DNA of 64,000 nucleotides from Verrucomicrobiota bacterium. GTDB lineage: Bacteria; Verrucomicrobiota; Verrucomicrobiia; Chthoniobacterales; UBA10450. Below, one piece after another: positions 26,108-33,070 of the stretch (position 1 is its first letter; every line of letters begins with the position of its first letter). Below the pieces are notes generated by a model, which was given only the letters and a program-made list of their open reading frames with translations, made no database searches and was not told the DNA's origin. The DNA is taken from assembly GCA_003218305.1 (NCBI GenBank), contig QHMY01000038.1:7464-71463 (forward strand), read 5' to 3'. The position numbers and the translations under genes were made by a program.

Positions 26108-26707
26108 ATGTCTGCCAATCCGAAATCTGATCCGCCGCCGGCGAACCGAAAACCGAAATGTGTCGTGCTGGGCGTCACAGGTTCCATCGCCGCCTATAAA
26201 TCCGCCGAGCTCGCGAGCCTGCTGGTCAAGCAGAGTCACGACGTTTTCGTAGTGATGACGCGTGATGCCACGGAGTTCATCACGCCGCTCACACTCCAGA
26301 CGCTTTCAAAGAATCCGGTGACCACCAGCTTTTTTGACGAGAAAGAAAATTGGCGGCCGGGACACATCGAACTCGCCGATCGCGCCAGCCTCCTGCTCAT
26401 CGCTCCGGCGACCGCGCACATAATTGCCGAGCTCGCCCACGGACTGGCCGGTCATCCGCTGGCGGCCATCGCGCTCGCGACGCGCGCCCCCATCCTGATG
26501 GCGCCCGCGATGAATGGAAAGATGTGGGAGCACCCGGCCACGCGCGAAAATGTCGAACGACTGAAAGGGCGCGGCGTCGAATTTATCGGTCCGGAAGAAG
26601 GCATGCTGGCGTGCGGTTACGAAGGCGTGGGCCGTTTGTGGAAAGTGGATGACATCGCTTTTCGCGCGGAATTCCTTCTCGCCCGCCAGGACAATTTGAT
26701 CGCGTGA
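26108..26707 (+). CDS. coaC: phosphopantothenoylcysteine decarboxylase (flavoprotein, CoaC half)
   Basis: Motifs: [56 protein letters not shown]. Confidence 0.85.
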   Translation: MSANPKSDPPPANRKPKCVVLGVTGSIAAYKSAELASLLVKQSHDVFVVMTRDATEFITPLTLQTLSKNPVTTSFFDEKENWRPGHIELADRASLLLIAPATAHIIAELAHGLAGHPLAAIALATRAPILMAPAMNGKMWEHPATRENVERLKGRGVEFIGPEEGMLACGYEGVGRLWKVDDIAFRAEFLLARQDNLIA

Positions 26708-27357
26708 AGTTTGTCGTCACTGCGGGTCCGACCCGTGAAGCGCTCGATCCTGTTCGCTTCATCAGCAATCGTTCCTCCGGCAAAATGGGGTACGCCATTG
26801 CGGAGGCAGCCCTCGCCGCCGGACACCAGGTGAACCTGATTTCCGGCCCGGCGACGATCGAGCCACCGAAAGGGGCGCGCTTTCTTGCGATTACGACAAG
26901 CGACGAACTACACCGCGCGGTCCATCGGGCGGTGCGTGACTGCGACGTTCTGGTCATGTGTGCCGCCGTATCGGATTTCAAGCCCGCGAACAGCGCATCG
27001 CGGAAGCTGAAAAAGCAAAATGCTCCGTTCACGCTCGAATTCGTCCCGACGCGCGACATTCTCGTTTCGCTCTCACACGAGAGCCGAAATTATTTTGTCG
27101 TCGGTTTCGCCGCGGAAACTCATGACCTGGAAAAAAACGCGATGCAGAAACTGCGGAAGAAAAATTGCGACATGATTGTCGCCAACGATGTGAGCAAGGC
27201 TGATTCCGGAATGGAGAGCGATGAAAATGCGGTATCGATTTTCTGCCGAAACGGTGAATCGCGGAAGATTTCGCGCGCGCCGAAAAAAAATATCGCGCGC
27301 GAGCTCGTGAAAATAATTTCAAAGATGTCAGAAAAATGTTTGACAAAAAAATCATGA
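26704..27357 (+). CDS. coaB: phosphopantothenate--cysteine ligase (CoaB half)
   Basis: Motifs: [58 protein letters not shown]. The GTG start overlaps the coaC TGA (GTGA) and is in a different frame. Confidence 0.85.
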   Translation: MKFVVTAGPTREALDPVRFISNRSSGKMGYAIAEAALAAGHQVNLISGPATIEPPKGARFLAITTSDELHRAVHRAVRDCDVLVMCAAVSDFKPANSASRKLKKQNAPFTLEFVPTRDILVSLSHESRNYFVVGFAAETHDLEKNAMQKLRKKNCDMIVANDVSKADSGMESDENAVSIFCRNGESRKISRAPKKNIARELVKIISKMSEKCLTKKS

Positions 27358-27440
27358 TGATTACTGACACAGGTAAGTGAAGCACATCAAAATCCTTCAC
27401 CAACCCACCGCGTTAGCGGATCGAAAGGGGGGATCGTCTC

Positions 27441-27509
27441 ATGGCAAAGAAAAAAGCTGCAAAAAAACCGGCCAAGAAAAAGGCCGCCGCGAAGAAAAAG
27501 AAACATTAG
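27441..27509 (+). CDS. candidate small ORF, 22-aa Lys/Ala-rich basic peptide MAKKKAAKKPAKKKAAAKKKKH
   Basis: Not in the track (too short). It has an ATG with a GGGGGG Shine-Dalgarno 8 nt upstream, a TAG stop, and a strong intrinsic terminator 62 nt downstream. It sits in an otherwise empty 320-nt gap. Confidence 0.5.
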   Translation: MAKKKAAKKPAKKKAAAKKKKH

Positions 27510-27571
27510 TTTCTAAGTAATCCGGCCACGAGCTGCGAAAGTTTTTCGTAGCTCCAAACGATAACTTCAAC

Positions 27572-27608
27572 CCGGGAGGAGGATTCATTTCTCCTCCCGG
27601 TTTTTTTT
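27572..27608 (+). terminator. rho-independent terminator
   Basis: CCGGGAGGAG-(9 nt)-CTCCTCCCGG forms a 10-bp perfect stem, followed by TTTTTTTT. Confidence 0.85.
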
Positions 27609-27677
27609 GTTTCGCGAGTCTCCGCCCCATGAAATGATTCGGCAGCGCCGCCCTGCCATCCCTATGAGCTACTTCCC

Positions 27678-28424
27678 ATGACGCATTACCTCGACGCGGC
27701 CGTCGACGCCGCCCGCGCTGCGGGCGATTTGCTTCGGCACAATTTTCAAAAGCCGCTTCGGGTCAATTCCTCCGAAGCGCACGACATCAAACTCGAGATC
27801 GACGTGCGCGCGCAGGATTTGATCACCGAATCGCTCTTGAAACAATTCCCCGAACACGCGCTTTACGGCGAGGAAGGAATCGTGGGCGATCAGGCCAGCG
27901 ATCATCAATGGGTGGTGGATCCGCTCGACGGCACCGTCAATTATTTCTACGGCATTCCACATTTCTGCGTTTCGATCGCGCTTCGTCTCATGGGAGAAAT
28001 CATCGTCGGCGTCATTTACGATCCGATGCGGGACGAACTCTGGGCGACCCAAAAGGGAGGCCAGACGACGCTTAACGGGAAAACAGTCCGGGTGAGCGAA
28101 CGCGCCGATCTTGCGGAAGCGGTCATTTCCGTGGGGTTGTCCAAGACCGGGGTGACGATCGAAGCGGGTCTGCCTCTTCTTCAGGAAATGGTCCATCGCG
28201 CCCGGAAATGCCGACTCATGGGAAGCGCGGCGCTCGACATGGCGTATGTGGCGTGTGGACGTCTCGACGCTTACATCGAACAGGGAATCAGTCTTTGGGA
28301 CATAGCGGCCGGATGGATTCTCGCGGAGAATGCGGGCGGCGCCGTGGAAATGAAGCCGCGAACCGACATGAAAGACAAATACAGCATCATCGCGTCCAAT
28401 GGCGTGATCGACTTGAAACTCTAA
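27678..28424 (+). CDS. suhB: inositol monophosphatase family protein (SuhB-like)
   Basis: Motifs: YGEEG, WVVDPLDGTVNY, GSAALDMAYVACGRLDAY, WDIAAG. Confidence 0.85.
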   Translation: MTHYLDAAVDAARAAGDLLRHNFQKPLRVNSSEAHDIKLEIDVRAQDLITESLLKQFPEHALYGEEGIVGDQASDHQWVVDPLDGTVNYFYGIPHFCVSIALRLMGEIIVGVIYDPMRDELWATQKGGQTTLNGKTVRVSERADLAEAVISVGLSKTGVTIEAGLPLLQEMVHRARKCRLMGSAALDMAYVACGRLDAYIEQGISLWDIAAGWILAENAGGAVEMKPRTDMKDKYSIIASNGVIDLKL

Positions 28425-28427
28425 GGC

Positions 28428-28913
28428 ATGATCAGATGTGGCAACGGTTACGACGCGCATCGGCTTGAGTCCGGCCGCCGCTTGATTCTGGGCGGCGTCG
28501 AGATTCCGCATGATCGCGGATTGGAGGGGCATTCCGACGCGGATGTTCTCAGCCATGCCATTGCCGATGCTCTGCTCGGCGCCGTCGGCGAAAGCGACAT
28601 TGGCCACCACTTTCCGAACACGGATGAATCGATTCGCGGAATCAGCAGTATCGAAATCCTGCGGAAAGTGAACGCGCTGCTTGGTCAAAAGAACGCTCGG
28701 CCCGTAAACGTCGACGCCACCTTGATCGCCGAAGCGCCGAAGATCGCGCCCTATATTCCCGCGATGCGGGAGAAGATCGCAGCTGCGTTGAATTTGGAGA
28801 CCTCACGGATCAGCATCAAGGCGACGACGAATGAAGGGCTCGGCGCAATCGGCCGGGGCGAAGGAATGGCCGCGATGGCGGTGGCGACCGTGGAAATGGA
28901 TTTGATGGAGTAA
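28428..28913 (+). CDS. ispF: 2-C-methyl-D-erythritol 2,4-cyclodiphosphate synthase
   Basis: Motifs: GNGYDAHRL, GHSDADVLSHAIADALLGA, ATTNEGLGAIGRGEG. Confidence 0.9.
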   Translation: MIRCGNGYDAHRLESGRRLILGGVEIPHDRGLEGHSDADVLSHAIADALLGAVGESDIGHHFPNTDESIRGISSIEILRKVNALLGQKNARPVNVDATLIAEAPKIAPYIPAMREKIAAALNLETSRISIKATTNEGLGAIGRGEGMAAMAVATVEMDLME

Positions 28914-28969
28914 ATGCAAGCCGCTCCATTAATCCATCGCTCCATCGCTCCGTTGTTTTTCTGATCGCG

Positions 28970-30397
28970 ATGCCGCTTCGACTCTTCAATACCTACTCGC
29001 GCACGCTCGAGGAGTTTCACCCGCTCGATCCGGCGGGAAGCGAAGTGAAGATGTACACGTGCGGACCAACGGTCTACGCCCACGCGCACATCGGAAATTT
29101 TCGCGCTTATCTCTTCGAAGACCTGCTCCAACGGCATCTCGAGTCGCGGGGATTCCAAGTGCGCCGCGTCATGAATATCACCGACGTGGACGACAAGACG
29201 ATTCAAGGTTCAAGGAGCGCTGGCATTCCGCTGGCGGAATTCACCTCGTCTTTCAAGCAGGCTTTCTTTGCCGACCTCGACACGCTTCGAATCAAACGCG
29301 CTGACCATTTTCCGGAAGCGACAGAGCCGGGCCAGATCGCGGCCATGATCGAAATGATCAAGACGCTGGTGGAGCGCGGTCTCGCTTATCAAGCGGAAGA
29401 CAAGTCCGTTTACTTTCGGATCAACAAATTTCCGGGATACGGGCAGCTGGCCCATTTCGATCTGTCCGAACTTCGCTCGACCGGACGAGTGAAAAGCGAC
29501 GAGTACGACAAGGAACACGTGGGCGATTTCGCCCTTTGGAAAGCGTGGGATGAGGAAGACGGAGCGGTCCGATGGGAGAGCCCTTGGGGACCGGGCCGGC
29601 CCGGCTGGCATATCGAGTGCAGCGCGATGGCGACTCAACTCCTGGGCGACCAACTCGACATCCATTGCGGTGGGGTGGATAACATTTTCCCTCATCACGA
29701 GGCCGAGATCGCCCAGACCGAAGGGTGCACCGGCAGGAAATTCGTGCGCTACTGGCTGCATTGCGCGCATCTGATGGTCGACGGGCAGAAAATGTCGAAG
29801 TCGCTCGGGAATTTTTACACGCTGCGCGATGTGCTTGCGAAAGGCTACAGCGGCCGGGAGGTGCGCTATGCGTTGATGCGGGTGCATTATCGGGCGCAGC
29901 TGAATTTCACGTGGGAAGGCATGGAGGAATCGCGGAAGGCTTTGCGCCGGATTGATGCGTGGGTGGCGCGGCTGCGGGAGAAGGCAGAGGAAGAAAACGC
30001 CCAACGTCCAACGCCCAACGTCCAACGCCCAACTGAAGAGGGCTCGGGGTTCGAAGACGCTCTGGATGACGATCTCAATATTTCTGGTGCGCTTGGAGTG
30101 TTGTTTGAGACGATTAGTGAAACGAACCTGGCGCTCGATCTCGGAAAGCTTGACTCGGACGCGGCGAGGTTGCGGCTGCAATGGTGGGAACGGATCGACC
30201 GCGTTTTGGCCGTAAGTGGAGAAGAAACGGTTGCGCTGCCGGCCGAAATCACCGCGCTCGCCGAGGCGCGCACGCAGGCAAGGCTTGCCAAGGAATGGAG
30301 AAAAAGTGATGAATTGCGGGACGAGCTTGCCGCGAAAGGTTGGGAGGTCCGCGACACCAAGGACGGGCAGAAGATCACGCGGCGCGGCGGAGTTTAG
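28970..30397 (+). CDS. cysS: cysteine--tRNA ligase
   Basis: Motifs: MYTCGPTVYAHAHIGNFR (HIGH), WHIECSAM, KMSKS, DDDLNISGAL. It carries an in-frame heptamer-repeat segment (see repeat feature 29994..30035). Confidence 0.92.
   Translation: MPLRLFNTYSRTLEEFHPLDPAGSEVKMYTCGPTVYAHAHIGNFRAYLFEDLLQRHLESRGFQVRRVMNITDVDDKTIQGSRSAGIPLAEFTSSFKQAFFADLDTLRIKRADHFPEATEPGQIAAMIEMIKTLVERGLAYQAEDKSVYFRINKFPGYGQLAHFDLSELRSTGRVKSDEYDKEHVGDFALWKAWDEEDGAVRWESPWGPGRPGWHIECSAMATQLLGDQLDIHCGGVDNIFPHHEAEIAQTEGCTGRKFVRYWLHCAHLMVDGQKMSKSLGNFYTLRDVLAKGYSGREVRYALMRVHYRAQLNFTWEGMEESRKALRRIDAWVARLREKAEEENAQRPTPNVQRPTEEGSGFEDALDDDLNISGALGVLFETISETNLALDLGKLDSDAARLRLQWWERIDRVLAVSGEETVALPAEITALAEARTQARLAKEWRKSDELRDELAAKGWEVRDTKDGQKITRRGGV
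29994..30035. repeat. tandem CCAACGY heptamer array (~5.5 units) inside the cysS coding sequence
   Basis: 30001-30032 CCAACGTCCAACGCCCAACGTCCAACGCCCAA differs at one base from 23408-23439 in the rnhC/mutY intergenic arm. It encodes NAQRPTPNVQRPT. Confidence 0.85.
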
Positions 30398-30408
30398 TTC
30401 ACCACCAA

Positions 30409-31098
30409 ATGTTTTCAGCCGCGGAACTTCTCAACCTCGACCACACGGCGCACCCCAAGCTGTTCGAATCGCAGAAGTATGTTTGGGACGCCCTCAAGCA
30501 GATCGCGAGTTATCTGCAATTTCGTCTGAAGCCGGCCGTGCTCGGCGAACTGGTGGGCAAACCGTTCATTAGTAACCAGGTTTTTATCGGCGCAGGCACG
30601 ATTATCGAACAGGGCGCGGTCTTGAAAGGGCCGGCCTGGATCGGAGCCAACTGTCATATCCGCAGCGGCTGTTACGTGCGAGAGAACGTGATCGTCGGGG
30701 ACGGCGTGGTGATGGGAAACTCCTGCGAATTCAAGAACTGCATCCTGTTCGATGAAGCACAGGTGCCGCACTTCAATTACGTCGGCGACTCAATTTTGGG
30801 GTTTCGTGCCCATCTGGGGGCGGGCGTGATTCTCTCGAATGTGAAGCTGGACCACAGCGAGATTCACGTCAGCGCGGCGGACGGGGATATCGCGACGGGC
30901 CTGACGAAGTTTGGCGCGATCGTGGGCGATCGAACGGAGATTGGCTGCAACGCGGTGATTAATCCGGGGGCCGTCCTGGGCCGCGATTGCCTCATCTATC
31001 CGGGGGCGAATTTCCGCGGCGTGTTACTAAAAGCCAGCGTGGTGAAATACCGCCAGAACCTGCAGGTCTTACCCCGGCGGGCGCACGACGCACGCTAG
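30409..31098 (+). CDS. left-handed beta-helix (hexapeptide-repeat) acyltransferase, GlmU C-terminal-like
   Basis: It has repeated [LIV]-G-x4 hexapeptides (IGANCHIRSGCYVRENVIVGDGVVMGNSCEFKNCILFD...VGDSILG...IGCNAVINPGAVLG). The start is taken at MFSAAELL inside track ORF 30340..31098. Confidence 0.75.
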   Translation: MFSAAELLNLDHTAHPKLFESQKYVWDALKQIASYLQFRLKPAVLGELVGKPFISNQVFIGAGTIIEQGAVLKGPAWIGANCHIRSGCYVRENVIVGDGVVMGNSCEFKNCILFDEAQVPHFNYVGDSILGFRAHLGAGVILSNVKLDHSEIHVSAADGDIATGLTKFGAIVGDRTEIGCNAVINPGAVLGRDCLIYPGANFRGVLLKASVVKYRQNLQVLPRRAHDAR

Positions 31099-31150
31099 GG
31101 ATCCGCGAACGAAATCGGGATCAGGATCACCAGCAGGAGTCAGAGGGGCG

Positions 31151-31235
31151 CGGATGGGCAGGGATTCGAACCCTGGTTGCCTTTCGGCAAACACGCTTTC
31201 CAGGCGTGCGCATTAGACCACTCTGCCACCCATCC
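31151..31235 (-). tRNA. tRNA-Ser (anticodon GGA)
   Basis: Hand-folded cloverleaf. The acceptor is GGATGGG/CCCATCC, with a 3-bp D stem. The anticodon stem is CACGC/GCGTG with loop CTGGAAA. It has a long variable arm TTGCC-GAAA-GGCAA, a T arm CAGGG-TTCGAAT-CCCTG and discriminator G. No CCA is encoded. Confidence 0.9.
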
Positions 31236-31309
31236 TTCGTAATCTTCCTCTTCCTCCCAGTCTCAATCTCCCCGTTGGATTAAGTTAAGAGGAAGCGGAA
31301 GAGGAATTA

Positions 31310-32170
31310 TCAAAGCTGCAACCGACGGAACAGTTCGTCGAGCGGCAGTTGCAGGCCAATGTAAAATTCGCCGAAGTCCCCATAGACTGCGCTGACTTCG
31401 TCGAACCGCATCTGGTAGACGATCGCTTTGATCTGAAACGTGTCGCGCGCGAAAAGTGTGACCCCCCATTCGGCATCGTCGAGGCCGCTCGAGCCGGTGA
31501 TGAGCTGCTTGATCTTGCCTGCATATTCACGCCCGACCTTCGCATGGCCCGCCATGAGGCGGCGGCGCTCATCGTAGGGCAGCGCATACCAATTGCGTTG
31601 CTCGCCGCGACGCTTGCTCATGTTGTAGAAGCAAACGACCGGCCAATCGGGCAAGGTCGGATAAACGCGCTCGTGTCGGTATTTCGCCATGCGCTCGCGG
31701 AACGCGGTCATGGCCTGGAGGAATTCCGGAGAGCCTGGCGTTAGCTTTTGCTCCGTCTCCAGGGTCGCTGCGTGTTCGTCATCCGTCGTGACGTACTCGC
31801 TCTCCTCGGTAAGCGAGAGATAACTGTAAACGGGAATGAGAACGTCCGCCCCGAGCGCGAGAGAGAGTTGTTTTTCGATTCGATTGGCCGCATGCAGATC
31901 GGGCGTGATCAGCATAAACCCGAGATCGGCCTTCGGGGTGACCATGCTCATCGTCACCAACTGCGTGGATTCGAGGGCACGAACCTCCTGCACGAGGGCA
32001 GAGAGCGCCACTTTCGCCATCCGTTGTTCCTCCCCGCTGAGAAGTTGCCACTGGCTGAACTCGACCCGGTAATAGAGATGCAGACAATGCCAACCCTGTT
32101 CGGGGACCAGCATTGATTCCTCGTCGCTCATCGCGGCAGTGTCACGGGCGAGCCGAACCGGGTCAAGCAA
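31310..32170 (-). CDS. chlorite dismutase-family protein (HemQ/coproheme decarboxylase-like)
   Basis: WHCLHLYYRVEF..., then the C-terminal part VCFYNMSKRRGEQRNWYALPYDERRRLMAGHAKVGREYAGKIKQLITGSSGLDDAEWGVTLFA...MRFDEVSAVYG, matches the Cld/HemQ family pattern. Confidence 0.8.
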   Translation of the reverse strand: MLDPVRLARDTAAMSDEESMLVPEQGWHCLHLYYRVEFSQWQLLSGEEQRMAKVALSALVQEVRALESTQLVTMSMVTPKADLGFMLITPDLHAANRIEKQLSLALGADVLIPVYSYLSLTEESEYVTTDDEHAATLETEQKLTPGSPEFLQAMTAFRERMAKYRHERVYPTLPDWPVVCFYNMSKRRGEQRNWYALPYDERRRLMAGHAKVGREYAGKIKQLITGSSGLDDAEWGVTLFARDTFQIKAIVYQMRFDEVSAVYGDFGEFYIGLQLPLDELFRRLQL

Positions 32171-32198
32171 TGCCAGACGGAAGAGCGCCTTACCGGGT

Positions 32199-32981
32199 TC
32201 AAACCGGGGCGTTGGCCGGCCGCGGGAGATGGGCCAGACAATACTCCTCGCCGTCCCGCGCCACGCGGAATTCGAGACTCGAATCCGTTAATTCCGTCGC
32301 GCCGCAGGTCTTGCACTTGTGAAGCGGCTCCTCTTCACTACGTGATTGAATCTCGAAACGCTGGCGCCGGACCGCCACCTCCTTGCGCTGCCGAAGGTTG
32401 TGAATCACTCCAGGGCCAAAGAAGATGAGATAGTTGCTCAGCGCCGCCACCAGCGCCAGTCGGTAGGAATTCGATTGCGTGGCGAATCCCAACAGAAGGA
32501 ACCCGGCATAGGCCCAGGCGATCCATTTGATCTTTAGCGGCAGGATAAAGAAAACATAAATGATCTCGTCCGGATAAAAGTGGGCGAAGGCGAAGAAGAG
32601 CGTCGTAAAAAGCATCTGACTGGAAAACTGACTGTTGGAGAGAACGGCGGCAGCCGTCGTTCCGATCATCCCCACCAGAAAATAAAGCGTGAGACGGAAA
32701 GCTCCCCAGGCGCGTTCGAGGCCGTCGCCGATGAACCAGAGGAACCAGAGAGCCACCGCCACCAACAGAAAATGACCCGTCTGCGGAACGAAAATGTAGG
32801 TGACGAGCCGCCAGACTTCGCCGGCCCGAACTCGAGCGATATCGAGGGCAAGATACGAATCGAACCCTTTGTTGAGGGAGACGAGAACAAAGACCAGCGC
32901 GTTCAAGGCCACGACCGCGCGGATCAATCCCGGAATCGCGATGAAGCCGAGACGACGTTCAAGTTTGTCCAAAAAGCTCAT
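32199..32981 (-). CDS. rhomboid-like polytopic membrane protein (catalytic residues not evident) with C-terminal zinc-ribbon
   Basis: EVWRLVTYIFVP...WFIGDGLERAWG resembles the rhomboid TM2/L1 region. No GxSG or the TM6 His was seen. The C-terminal motif is CKTCG...CLAH. The start is taken at MSFLDKL (32981). Confidence 0.5.
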   Translation of the reverse strand: MSFLDKLERRLGFIAIPGLIRAVVALNALVFVLVSLNKGFDSYLALDIARVRAGEVWRLVTYIFVPQTGHFLLVAVALWFLWFIGDGLERAWGAFRLTLYFLVGMIGTTAAAVLSNSQFSSQMLFTTLFFAFAHFYPDEIIYVFFILPLKIKWIAWAYAGFLLLGFATQSNSYRLALVAALSNYLIFFGPGVIHNLRQRKEVAVRRQRFEIQSRSEEEPLHKCKTCGATELTDSSLEFRVARDGEEYCLAHLPRPANAPV

Positions 32982-32987
32982 CGCGGC

Positions 32988-33060
32988 GGGAAAGTAGCGC
33001 AAGCTTCCAGCTTGCGAAACAAAACAAGATAATATGCTGGAAGCTTGCGCTACTTTTCCC
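32988..33060. promoter_or_regulatory. 18-bp perfect inverted repeat (32994-33011 / 33036-33053), extendable to ~24 bp, in the divergent rhomboid-like/gcvT control region
   Basis: GTAGCGCAAGCTTCCAGC-N24-GCTGGAAGCTTGCGCTAC, read directly. It is followed on the plus strand by TTTT. Confidence 0.6.
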
Positions 33061-33070
33061 TCCGTCTAGC

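Noticed and set aside
27439-27630. Track ORF 27439..27630 (-, 63 aa).
   Set aside because: It is the antisense shadow of the Lys-rich sORF (AAG/AAA codons read as CTT/TTT) and runs through the plus-strand terminator hairpin. It has no SD and no protein-like features.
28914-28969. Short direct repeat TCCATCGC x2 (within GCTCCATTAATCCATCGCTCCATCGCTCC) upstream of cysS. Checked for a T-box or attenuator.
   Set aside because: It is too short and has no T-box specifier/antiterminator architecture. It is probably chance or simple promoter-region sequence.
31244-31306. Polypyrimidine/polypurine inverted repeat (CTTCCTCTTCCTCC ... GAGGAAGCGGAAGAGGAA) between the Cld-family gene and tRNA-Ser.
   Set aside because: It can pair over ~10 bp but with a ~33-nt loop and no U-tract. 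That is too weak to call a terminator or a regulatory element with any confidence.
32982-33070. Looked for a glycine riboswitch upstream of gcvT.
   Set aside because: The gap is only ~90 nt and lacks the conserved GGAGAG...CACCG...CTCTGGAGAG-type aptamer cores. Only the palindrome reported in findings is present.
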